Positions 12,501 through 24,494 of a stretch of 64,000 nt of DNA are shown here, one piece after another. The position numbers were made by a program, and so were the translations under genes. The DNA is taken from NCBI GenBank assembly GCA_950097015.1, contig CATNEN010000007.1, positions 2,604,001 to 2,668,000 of the forward strand, given 5' to 3'. Below the pieces are notes generated by a model, which was not told the origin of the DNA, searched no databases, and was given only the letters and a program-made list of their open reading frames with translations. The stretch comes from Macrostomum hystrix. Lineage: Eukaryota > Animalia > Platyhelminthes. The stretch's first letter is position 1, and each line of letters starts with the position of its first letter.

Positions 12501-15500
12501 AGTCAGGATTCATCCATACTGAGTCAGGACTCACCCATACTGAGTCAGGATTCATCCATACTGAGTCAGGATTCACCCATACTGAGTCAGGATTCACCCA
12601 TACTGAGTCAGGATTCACCCATACTGAGTCAGGATTCACCCATACTGAGTCAGGATTCACCCATACTGAGTCAGGATTCACCCATACTGAGTCAGGATTC
12701 ACCCATACTGAGTCAGGATTCACCCATACTGAGTCAGGATTCACCCATACTGAGTCAGGATTCACCCATACTGAGTCAGGATTCATCCATACTGAGTCAG
12801 GATTCACCCATACTGAGTCAGGATTCACCCATACTGAGTCAGGATTCACCCATACTGAGTCAGGATTCACCCATACTGAGTCAGGATTCACCCATACTGA
12901 GTCAGGATTCATCCATAATGAGTCAGGATTCATCCATACTGAGTCAGGATTCATCCATACTGAGTCAGGACTCACCCATACTGAGTCAGGATTCATCCAT
13001 ACTGAGTCAGGATTCACCCATACTGAGTCAGGATTCACCCATACTGAGTCAGGATTCACCCATACTGAGTCAGGATTCACCCATACTGAGTCAGGATTCA
13101 CCCATACTGAGTCAGGATTCACCCATACTGAGTCAGGATTCATCCATACTGAGTCAGGATTCACCCATACTGAGTCAGGATTCACCCATACTGAGTCAGG
13201 ATTCACCCATACTGAGTCAGGATTCATCCATAATGAGTTAGGATTTCACAACACTCATTTCTTAATACTGATGTCAGGATTTCTCCAAACTAAGTCGGGA
13301 TTTCCCAATACTAATGCTAGGATTTCCCAATACTAATGCTAGGATTTCCCAATACTAATGCTAGGATTTCCCAATACCAATGTCAGGATTTCCCAATACT
13401 AATGCTAGGATTTCCCAATACTAATGCTAGGATTTCCCAATACTAATGCTAGGATTTCCCAATACTACTGCTAGGATTTCCAAATACTAATGCTAGGATT
13501 TCCCAATACCAATGTCAGGATTTCCCAATACTAATGCTAGGATTTCCCAATACCAATGTCAGGATTTCCAAATACTAATGCTAGGATTTCCCAATACCAA
13601 TGTCAGGATTTCCCAATACTAATGTCAGGATTTCCCAATACTAATGCTAGGATTTCCCAATACCAATGTCAGGATTTCCCAATACTAATGTCAGGATTTC
13701 CCAATACTAATGCTAGGATTTCCCAATACTAATGCTAGGATTTCCCAATACCAATGTCAGGATTTCCCAATACTAATGCTAGGATTTCCCAATACCAATG
13801 TCAGGATTTCCCCATGCTGAGTCAAGGATTCCCCCATGACGCCATCACTGCATTCGCAATCCCAATTAGCATTCAACGGTCAAAACCTACCGCCGCCACC
13901 CCTGGAGGGCATCGGGCGTCGATTCATCGCCGGAAAATCATTGCCACCGTCGGCTGAATCCGTCGCAGATGCGCCCTGCTGCTGTTGCCCACCTCGACGA
14001 TTTCCGCCGCCGCCGCCTCCAGCGTAGCCTCTGTAGGGCCGACGTCCACCGCCGCCTCCGCCACCTCGCCCAGAAGCGATGTGCTGCACTGCCGAATCGG
14101 TGTGGTAGCCTTTCTCCTCCTGGCTGGTGTCGGAGTCGCCGCGGGCAGCGCCGCCTCCGCCTCCGTTTGCCCCGCCGGCGGCCGCGTTGTCATCCCGACG
14201 TTGGTAGGGCAGCTGATGTCCACCGCCGCCGCCGCCGCGTCCGCCGCGACCTCCGCGACCGCCGCGTCTCGGACCACCGCCACCACCACCGCTGCCGTAG
14301 CCACTGTAGCCGCCTCCGTAGCCGCCGCCGCCTCCGTAGCCGCCACCTCCGTAGCCGCCGCCGCCGCTAGCGTAGCCACCAAAGCCGCCTGCGTATCCGC
14401 TACCGCCGTCGCTATCGTAGCCGCCGCCGCGATTCTGCTGGCGCAGCTTAGCGGTCATCTCCTCCCGCTGCAGGGCCAGCTCGTCCACCTGGGCGCGGGC
14501 AAATATGAAATCAAAATGATATGGTCGGTCTTTTCTGCTTTTCCGCTTGACATAAAAATCATAGCAACAAAACCTTACCTGCTTCAGAGTCTCAATGTGA
14601 TAGTCGAGCATAAACTTGGCATTCTCAACGGACTCCTTCGTGCCGATGAAGATGAAGGGCACCATGCCCTCGTCGCCATTGTTTTCTCCGCCGCCAGAGC
14701 CGTCGCCACCAGACGGGGGACGCTCGTCGTCGCCTTCGACGCGAACCCGGATTACGCCGGCCTTGTCAACAATGTCCTGCATTAAATGACGGAGATATCA
14801 AAGCCCGGATGGGTTCCAAGTGTGGGAACTGTAACACTCCGCAATGGATTCCAAGTGGGAACTGTAACACTCCGCAACGGATTCCAAGTGGGAACTGTAA
14901 CACTCCGCAACGGATTCCAAGTGGGAACTGTAACACTCCGCAACGGATTCCAAGTGGGAACTGTAACACTCCGCAACGGATTCCAAGTGGGAACTGTAAC
15001 ACTCCGCAACGGATTCCAAGTGGGAACTGTAACACTCCGCAATGGATTCCAAGTGGGAACTGTAACACTCCGCAACGGATTCCAAGTGGGAACTGTAACA
15101 CTCCGCAATGGATTCCAAGTAGGAACTGTAACACTCCGCAACGGATTCCAAGTGGGAACTGTAACACTCCGCAATGGATTCCAAGTGGGAACTGTAACAC
15201 TCCGCAACGGATTCCAAGTGGGAACTGTAACACTCCGCAATGGATTCCAAGTGCGAACTGTAACACTCCGCAATGGATTCCAAGTGCGAACTGTAACACT
15301 CCGCAACGGATTCCAAGTGGGAACTGTAACACTCCGCAATGGATTCCAAGTGCGAACTGTAACACTCCGCAATGGATTCCAAGTGGGAACTGTAACACTC
15401 CGCAATGGATTCCAAGTGGGAACTGTAACACTCCGCAACGGATTCCAAGTGGGAACTGTAACACTCCGCAATGGATTCCAAGTAGGAACTGTAACACTCC

Positions 15501-18500
15501 GCAATGGATTCCAAGTGCGAACTGTAACACTCCGCAATGGATTCCAAGTGGGAACTGTAACACTCCGCAATGGATTCCAAGTGGGAACTGTAACACTCCG
15601 CAATGGATTCCAAGTAGGAACTGTAACACTCCGCAATGGATTCCAAGTGGGAACTGTAACACTCCGCAATGGATTCCAAGTGGGAACTGTAACACTCCGC
15701 AATGGATTCCAAGTGGGAACTGTAACACTCCGCAATGGATTCCAAGTGGGAACTGTAACACTCCGCAATGGATTCCAAGTGGGAACTGTAACACTCCGCA
15801 ATGGATTCCAAGTGGGAACTGTAACACTCCGCAATGGATTCCAAGTGGGAACTGTAACACTCCGCAATGGATTCCAAGTGGGAACTGTAACACTCCGCAA
15901 TGGATTCCAAGTGGGAACTGTAACACTCCGCAACGGATTCCAAGTGGGAACTGTAACACTCCGCAATGGATTCCAAGTGGGAACTGTAACACTCCGCAAC
16001 GGATTCCAAGTGCGAACTGTAACACTCCGCAACGGATTCCAAGTGCGAACTGTAACACTCCGCAACGGATTCCAAGTGCGAACTGTAACACTCCGCAACG
16101 GATTCCAAGTGGGAACTGTAACACTCCGCAATGGATTCCAAGTGGGAACTGTAACACTCCGCAATGGATTCCAAGTGGGAACTGTAACAACATGCGGGCA
16201 ACTGGAACAATGAAGCCTTTGTCTAACAATGCTGCAGTGTAAGTGCAGCGCACCTGAATATTATTTCCGTTCTTGCCGATGACCCGGCTAACTAGCACTC
16301 TGGGGACTCTGTAGGCCTCCTCCGTGTACTCCAGGAGGGCGCGGGCGCGCCGGCAGGCTTCGGGGTTGTCGCCGTAGATGCGAAATACGCCACGCTCTTC
16401 GTCTAGTTCAACGCCGGTGACGCCTGGCAGTTGGCGGGCCTGCGAATTGGGGAAGATAATATGAAGGGAGATTGAATTTAATTGATTCCCTATTTGGAAG
16501 GACTGACGGACACAGCAGGACATTACATAGAGCTGGTCACTGACTCAAATAGAGAGTCTCTATGTCCTCTACACAACACTGTAGATGCAAGATTATGAGG
16601 CAATAATCTTTCCTAATAGGGGGATAATATCCGGAAAAATTTTAAATGGGGTATTTATCCTCCCATATCGGGGAATTATCTTTCCTAGTTGCAGGATAAT
16701 CTTACATTCTGGGGATAAACTCACCTAAACAGGGGATATGGTCACCTTATTTGGGCGGCTAATATTTACTTATCGGGAATTAAAACTCCCATTTAGAGGA
16801 AAAGCCTCAGAATTAAGGGAATATTCTCTCATACTGTGATAATATGCTCTAATTAGTGCTAATTAGTGGATATTCTCCTCTAATCAGGGTAAAATCGACT
16901 TAAAGATAGTAATTTCTATACTATAAGTATAGTTTTACTCCTAATATGATTAATTTTCCACATGTCAGCCACTATCCACTGGAAATGCATTAAAAATGTG
17001 GCCCACCTGTCCAATATTGGACCCCTGCGAGCCGATAGCCAGACCAATAAAGGAGGGAGGCACAGGGAACTCCTCCATGAGCTGGCCGCCGGACACGTGG
17101 GTGTGCTCAAGCCGCCTGGCCAGCTCATCTGTTCGCTGCTTAAGCAGGCACTTCTGTCGCAGGCCGCGCAGGAACAGCTCTTCGATCAGTGACAGCCGGT
17201 TGATGTCCGATTCGTCGGCGGATAAGACGCTCAGGCGGGTGCCACTGACCAGGATCAGGTAGGGCGAGCGGAACCTGGTTCACCGGGTGGGGTGGCGGGT
17301 TGGCTGCTCTGAGTTTATTACAACTCATTGCTCTATGGCTGCGACAGGGAGCCATAAGACAGCTAACTCGTGGAGAAGGACGGGGGATAGACAGGGAGGA
17401 AAGGTCATAGACAAGACAGGGAGGAAGGGTCATAGAAAAAACAGGGAGGAAGGGTCATAGACAAGACAGGGAGGAAGGGTCATAGACAAGACAGGGGGTA
17501 AAGTCATAGACAAGACAGGGAGGAAGGGTCATAGACAAGACAGAGAGGAAAGGTCATAGACAAGACAGGCAGGAAAGGTCATAGACAAGACAGGCAGGAA
17601 AGGTCATAGACAAGACAGGGAGGAAAGGTCATAGACAAGACAGGGAGGAAGGGTCATAGAAAAGACAGGGAGGAAAGGTCATAGAAAAGACAGGGAGGAA
17701 GGGTCATAGACAAGACAGGCAGGAAAGGTCATAGACAAGACAGTGGGTTAAGTCATAAACAAGACAGGGAGGAAGGGTCATAGACAAGACAGGGTGGTAA
17801 GGTCATAGACAAGACAGGGAGGAAAGGTCATAAACAAGACAGGTTGGTATATTCATAGACAAGACAGGGAGGAAGGGTAAAATACAAGAGGGTAATGTAT
17901 GGGGATAGACAGGGATGAATGGGGATAGGCAGGGATGAATGGGGATAGACAGGGATGAATGGGGGATAGACAGGCATGAATGGGAATAGACGGGGTAGAA
18001 GGTTGATAGACAGTGAGGAACTGGGGGAAGGGGCATCAAAAGATTCGGGATATACTTGGGTGAGATAAGCAAGAAGGTACAGATGACACTAACCGCAGCA
18101 TAATTAGATAACATGAAAGAAGGCAAGGGATGGTGAGAATGTAAAGGTGGCATCGCAAAATGCGTCACTAACCTGCGCACAAGGTCGCCATAGATCTCGG
18201 GATCGCTAACCCGATCGGCCACCTCGTGAGGCACGGTGATGTCGCGCCTGTACAGTCTGACACCGGCAAGCGGCTTGGCAGCTCCGTGCAGCCGGACCCT
18301 GGTCCGCTCCACCACATCCTGGGCGCTGTTGTGTTTGAAGGCACATACAACAAAGTCGCCTTTGACACTGCGCACAGTGGCGGGCCACCAGCAGGCCTCA
18401 GAGGCGTTCAACACTTCGACTTCGTCATTCTCAGACAAAGAGGATTGCACGCAGCTGCCGCCATACACAAAAGCATCAGTCAGTGGCATGGTGGCGAGTT

Positions 18501-20759
18501 GGCCACTGGCATTTAGGTATTCAACACCATTGTCCATCAAATTTCGCACAGTGATCTGTTTAAAGTATTATGATTTTAATAACATTGCAATTTAAAAAAT
18601 ATGGCAATTAGTTGCAAGGTAATTGATTCACAAGGTCATATTTTTGCACTTGACAGCTGTTAGATATGGCAAGGATAAAGAAATGTTAAAAAAATATTTT
18701 AAGTACTTTATGAACTTAAAATAATTTGCATAAACCTTGCTAGTCTGAACCTTAATGAAATTCACATCAGCACTGAAGACCACTGTAATATAATCAAACT
18801 AACTAAGTTATGAAGGTATAAATTTCTTTTAAAAAATACTTTTTTTAATACATTGTGACCCTTTGATAGACATTTTTTAAACACTGCCTTGGCTTAGCTG
18901 ATAATAAAAAAGTGGAAAAACCTAGAGTAGGCCTAGCAATAGCAAGTTTGCTTTCTGATTTTGTCAACTAGGATACACACATATACGAGTATACATATAT
19001 ATATTATTTAAGCTGGCATGAGCATATACAAAAATGAAATAGAAGATTACTGCTCTTGAAGGCAGTGACATTAGAAAAAACATGTTTATTATTTTATTTT
19101 AAAGAAGCATATTCTATTCTAATTAGTTAATAAATATTTTACTTTTATTCATATTTAAAAATATATATTGTAAAGTTGAAGTTTCTATCAAAATATGACA
19201 TGACTATTTTTCTGCAAACTTAGAACAAACATGTGCTAGCATGTTGGCTTCTATGTCAGGGTGTTCCCAGATACCAAATCTCCCAGCCTGCAACTCTCTC
19301 CCTTGGTTTTCACTTTAACTTTAAAAATATGCTCCATAGTCCTGATCATGTAGTGCACTCCAGAATTTAATGGCATGCGTTTTCAAATTTGGTGTGCAGT
19401 GGCGTGCAAATGGAAAAATTGTCATGTAATAGTAGTGACTCTACATGGTGTGCGCGTGCGGTGGTGGTGTGAAAGAACATTATGGATTACGCCACATATT
19501 GTGTTCATGTTTGCATTATCTGTATCATTTTTATTTGAAATTTTGCTTTGAAAATTGTAACATTTTTATGTACACATATTTCTTTCTTTTGCACTTTGTC
19601 TTTATAATATTTGCCTCTCTTGTAATGCATTTTTTCATTTCAAATTTGAACAAATTGCTTAGGAATAGGTCTATAGGTATAGGTTTAGGTATGAGCATTT
19701 GGATATATGTGGATATCCGTATGAATATGGTTAGGTATTGATGTATATATATAGACATGTATAGGTATTGATGTTATTTGGGAAGGGTGTTAGCAAAAAA
19801 AGTGAAACCCTAATCCAAATTAGAATCAATCTCTAAACGGGGTTTCCGTAAATTTATCATGTGTATTTTTGACATGCAGTAAAAGTTTAGTGGCATGCAT
19901 CTGTTTGCTGTCAGCGTGCAAACTATTTTTTTCTCTTTCTGGCATGCACCCAGCATGATCCAGAGTATGGGATATGCTGATCAGATTCCTACAACAATTT
20001 TTCCAGCTTTTTATGTTTGCTATTGCTTGACCAAGAACAAGAATTTTCAGTGAGGCTTTAAGTATTGTATTGGGTGTTCCCAGGTTCAAAAAATATTTTT
20101 ATCTTTAATCTTAGTTACAAAAGTGTCACTCTGTAAGAGCACCCATTTGATATGTGAATATAATAGTAGGCCTAGTAGTTAATCTAAAAAAATATTTGGC
20201 AATCTTCTTGTTCAGATGGTTACTTATTTTACTATAAATAACAGTTTTTTAGCTATTGCAAGTAAAAAATATGTAAATTGTAGTTATAGGCTCATCTTAA
20301 TTCAAATTAGCTACACAGCTTATAAGTTATAATAATGGTTAATGTATTAAAATTTCACATGGTATTCCACATGCTATTCTACACATAAGGTATGGGCCAG
20401 GGAAGACCAGCAGCATTTGCAAATATTGTATTGCACCTACTATGTAGCACTAGTAGGTTAACTAAATTTGAATAAATTAGTTTATTCAAAGTTAGTAACA
20501 GTTTTAGTAATTTAGTTAACAGCTAAATAAAAAATTAAGATAGCTAGGGCAAAAAGATTTCATGAAGAATAAAAATACTTTATTGAGAACGCACTTAAAG
20601 GCGCTCTTGCACAATTAATAAAAAATAGTGAAAAATAGTGACAAATCTATGTAAATTTTTTTCAGGCTAGCTAAGTGAGAATGCCATAGAAAAAATCAAA
20701 GGTCTTACTTGTCGATACTCTCCGCGGGATCCCTTAGCCTCAACCTGCAAAGCCTCCAT
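9530..20759 (-). CDS. FMR1: Fragile X messenger ribonucleoprotein family (FMR1/FXR), ~577 aa; exons 20759..20709, 18555..18173, 17274..17007, 16439..16254, 14776..14579, 14488..13891, 9579..9530
   Basis: Exon 1 MEALQVEAKGSRGEYRQ aligns to the FMRP N-terminus with a phase-0 intron after codon 17. Agenet/Tudor (NDEVEV..CWWPATVRSVKGDF), KH1 (IGLAIGSQGSNI..ARQLPGVTGVELDE), KH2 ([26 protein letters not shown]), MVPFIFIGTKESVENAKFMLDYH and RGG boxes are present. All six introns are GT-AG and phase-consistent; total 1734 nt. The last exon is the least certain. Confidence 0.92.
9650..13240. repeat. 21 bp minisatellite (ccatactgagtcaggattcac), ~170 copies, in FMR1 intron 6
   Basis: Near-perfect tandem array with two polymorphic positions (gga[t/c]tca[c/t]cc); explains the (VNPDSVW)n and (ILSQDSP)n ORFs. 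Confidence 0.97.
13290..13815. repeat. 22 bp minisatellite (ccaatactaatgctaggatttc), related to the adjacent 21-mer array
   Basis: Period 22 measured 13321 to 13343; shares ata-ct-a..gtcaggatt with the 21-mer. Confidence 0.9.
14818..16190. repeat. 33 bp minisatellite (gtgggaactgtaacactccgcaatggattccaa), ~41 copies, filling FMR1 intron 4
   Basis: Tandem copies with no spacers; yields five overlapping spurious ORFs. Confidence 0.97.
17385..17995. repeat. 25 bp (ggtcatagacaagacagggaggaaa) and short 20 bp purine-rich minisatellites in FMR1 intron 2
   Basis: Period 25 measured 17527 to 17552; the 20 bp unit ggggatagacagggatgaat lies near 17900-17990. Confidence 0.9.
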
Positions 20760-21231
20760 TGTTTAAGTATTAAGAAAAATTGAGGTGGACAAAGAAATAG
20801 TACAAATGCGGAAACAAATAAGCCCAACAGTCCCGATGAAAGAAGATGGACAAATTAAGGGTGTTCGTCGATGATCTGTATGACTTAACATTCGTTTACG
20901 CTTTCGATTCGTTTTAAATTACAGGATTTAGGAAATTAGCTTATCTGCTAAACCATGACTTCACACAGGGGTCAAAGTATTATTAAAGAAAGCTTAGACG
21001 CATGAAATATGTTTTAATTAGTATATTATTTTCTATTTACAGGCACGTTTCTTAAAATCCACACCAAGCCCGGTGATTTTTTTCATCATAAAAGCGATTG
21101 CGTTTAAGTGGATGAATTATGATGATCTCGTAAATTCTGTGCTAATGGCGATGGAATTAAATTAATTGCTAATCAGCTTCACGTATCAATTATTGTTGCA
21201 ATTGGTTGCACTGTTGTGTACTCTATAATTG

Positions 21232-21458
21232 CCAGTTAGCAGCTACAAAGAGACGGAGTATATTTGTATCCCGAATGATATAGTTTTGCACATTGTACTA
21301 GCACGAAATGTACGGAATTCGTTGGAGCGAACGTAGTGAGCAGCTACAGATTACCAGTTAGCAGCTACAAAGACGGAGTATTTTTGTATCCCGAATGATA
21401 GTTTTGCACATTGTACTAGCACGAAATGTACGGAATTCGTTGGAGCTCACTACGTTCG
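21232..21458. repeat. ~120 bp-spaced tandem duplication with an inserted 14 bp inverted segment
   Basis: Copies at about 21232-21328 and 21354-21446; cgaacgtagtgagc (21328-21341) is the reverse complement of gctcactacgttcg (21445-21458). Confidence 0.85.
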
Positions 21459-22899
21459 AATGATTGCACGTTTGAAAAAGTATACGTCCGTGCATTCGTT
21501 CGTACAACCTCGTAGTATACCCATGACCAGAGAGAAAATCGCTCTGTTTTACTGGAAAAAAATATAGTACTAAGTATTTACATTTTCTTTATGCCCAGCA
21601 ATACAAAATAATCATAATATATTACTTTTTAATTATGAGTTATTAGTAGATATCCTAAGCAGTATTATAATATGGCTTCCTGGAATTTACGATAAAATGA
21701 TGAATTTGACTAAAGTTCACTGATCAGTAAACTGGTGCCCGTACAATTTACATTTCTTCTTCGGCGTGCACTGGAGCACTTCAGCATAGAAAAATTCATA
21801 CAAGCATCTAATGCAGCCAAAGAGCAAATCGAACCGCTTCAAGTATAGAGTTTGACAAAGAGAATTTTCTTTTTGGTCTCATGTGGGGCACCCTGAAAGT
21901 GGATTCCGAAGGAGAAAAAGTCTGGTTGTTTAACGTTCTAAAAAACGGATAAGTCAAGACTTTTCGAGCTTTTAACAGCTAAAAGTGACACATACGCTCG
22001 TATACAAGTTTTGTTTGTAGTTTAAAATGAAGCGTATATATACTCGTAGTACGCATCTACAAGCCTTGCATCAGTGCGAGGGGTTTTCTATCTCTTATTG
22101 GTGTTGGGTGATAGAGGAGAACAAAAGGCTCGACACATCCCGTGCTTCAGCCAGATGAGGGCTAATTTGCGCAATGCATTGATCTCTTGAGGCTTCAAAA
22201 ATGTTCTAAGAGTGAACTGAAACAACTTGCGATTCCATGCGCAATACGTAGGAGGGAAGTGCATGAAGAACTTCTGGATGTTGAAAAAAATTTTTACATG
22301 AAGTTTGAAGCACAAAAATTTGTCCATATTCTTTTTGGAAGCTAGAACGCGAGTTCTGTTTTGTTCTGTTTTTTTCGCAGCCCTACGACATACGTTGGTT
22401 GTAAATTAAAAAACAAGTTTTACAGTGCTTGCTATGCCTCTTCATGCATTGTGCGAGTTAATTGCGTGTGTTATGAACTGTGCCTTGCCGAAATCAGTTT
22501 TACCGCAACAGACACACGATTTAGCGATTTCCGTCACGCGGCCGGACTAAGCTATTTGTTAACTCTAGGCTCATTTCTAGTGTCCTGTCTGCAGACTCAT
22601 TTGTCAAGCTGGCTCTGATTCTTCAACCCCTTGCGAAATGGTGGTCGATGTATAGTGTGCGGAAGCAAATCTTCGAAAGCAACACATTTTGGGCGATAAC
22701 TTCAACACAATCGTTTTCTGGACTAATTAAACATAGAAAAGGAGCTGAATGCGAGGCCAAGTGTTCAAAGCGTCAAAGCGCTGGATCCATAAGTTCATCT
22801 GAATCCGTTTTATAAACGACGCGAGTGCGTGATGTGACCTGTGTAGGCCAGTGGTAGGCCAACTCCGGCCCCTCGACGCTCCCAAATCCAAATCCAAAT

Positions 22900-23085
22900 C
22901 ATCTCTCCGCTGTCTCATCTCTCCCTGCCCCATCTCTCCCTATCCCATCTCTCCTCGGTCTCATCTCTCCGCTGTCTCATCTCTCCCTGTCCCATCTCTC
23001 CCTATCCCATCTCTTCTCTGTCTCATCTCTCCCCTGTGTCGTCTAATCCCGTGTCTCATCTCTCCCCTCTCTCGTCTCTCCCTAG
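22900..23085. repeat. Degenerate CT-rich simple repeat
   Basis: Repeated catctctccc/gtctcatctctcc motifs. Confidence 0.7.
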
Positions 23086-23469
23086 CTCATATTCCTATAG
23101 TTAATGCGGCCCACTGTCGTATTTTTAGGTTTGCCAACCCATGGTGTAGGTGAATCTATTTCAGTCGTGCTGTTGTGTGGTACAAAGAATTCAGTTTCAG
23201 ACGAGCACAATTGGTCTGCTTCCGGTCTGCAGAATTATTGCTGTCCAGCTTAGCAGCTTGGACTGCTTCACACATAATAAATTTACGAGGCGATTCAGAG
23301 CTTTGAAATCGCCGACAAAGCTCGATAACAAATGCGGTATCATTTAAGTTAAATAACGTAAAGAGTGCTCTACTTTGTCGCTGACTGTCCTAAAATTCGC
23401 GATTTCGCAAATAAAAAAAATGTCTGATCTTCGAAGCCAAAACGTGGCATTGCGCTAACCACTCAGTCA

Positions 23470-23580
23470 TGGGGTGAGTGGCAGAGCGGTCTATCGCGTT
23501 TGCCTCTCGCAACAAGGTCCCTGAGCTCAATTCTACGGCGAGGCGACTTTCATTTGGGGCGCAGACGCGAAGAAAAAGTT
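23470..23580 (+). mobile_element. tRNA-derived SINE family A, 5' fragment
   Basis: ggggtgagtggcagagcggtct (A-box-like) ... gagctcaattc..ggcgaggc, matching the copies at 39335 and 59425. Confidence 0.65.
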
Positions 23581-24494
23581 TCAAAATTTTTCAAATTAAC
23601 TCATTAAAAAGTTGGGTCTAGTGTCACCAATCATGTGCCATTGTCCGCAGCCCTTCTATTATTATTAAAAGCCACTTGGTCATGATGTTGAAACGGTCGG
23701 TTTTAGCAGGCAAAACTGTATTTTGTTGAAGTTTCCATTTTAAGGTATCGCCTCGATGGAACTATTTCTTGAACATCGGAATAAAATATCGACATTCACG
23801 GTCGAGCAGCTGTAATAAAAGTGTGCGATCGCAATCAAAGTCACTGGTGCTGAACAGCGGGCTATGGGACTCAAAAGCTTATTGGCATTCATTTTGAATC
23901 TGTCATTTTTTGCTTGAGCTCTTAAGCAAGGCCTTGATTCTCCGATAAAGAAAACAGGAAGTTGCTTTCAGTATTGTGTATTGCAATGGAAGAATTAAAT
24001 TTGCCTCGCCCTTAATGCTGACATTAATAAATTTGAACAAAATTTTTATTGGCTCCTCAAGAGTACCGACAAATTCAGGGGCGTTCCATGATACCTTCAA
24101 ACGTTTATCCGATTGAAGCCAATACGCCTAAATGTGTACCCGTGTTTACGATTGTGAGTAAAATTTATTAACATTCATTTATGTAGCAAAATCGAAAGCA
24201 TATTTGTGACCCCACAGCTTCCGACATCTATAGCTGTTGTTGTTCACGTTTGGCTGACGGAAATGCATGCGCGAAACTAAGCCACTGCGTGAGTTGCAAC
24301 TCGAGACTATGAAATTATCAAGCAATTCTGAGAACATGCACCCATGCAGAGATTGAAGGTTTTTTGTGCAATTCGATGTCTTCGACGCGCCCTCCTGTCA
24401 TCCTAAATTCTCAAGCCAAATTAGAGAGTGAGAACAAGGAGTGAGATACCCTGTACTGGCTTTTCTAATAAATACTCACAATGCTGGCTCTGAC

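Noticed and set aside
9530-13241. 967, 266 and 254 aa repeat ORFs
   Set aside because: Translations of a stop-free 21 bp array inside an FMR1 intron; no independent start context. Only the splice-in possibility is kept as a finding.
13924-14785. Ala/Arg-rich ORFs on other frames and the opposite strand of FMR1 exons
   Set aside because: Shadows of GC-rich, Gly-rich coding sequence. The same applies to shadow ORFs over the receptor, Di-Ras and SF3B3.
14766-16523. Five overlapping 460-585 aa ORFs, or a CRISPR-like 33 bp repeat
   Set aside because: Head-to-tail repeats without unique spacers, no cas genes, eukaryotic intron; being open in five frames points to a repeat artefact.
21700-24130. 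Possible decayed transposase fragments
   Set aside because: Short ORFs with no motif I can recognise and no termini found.
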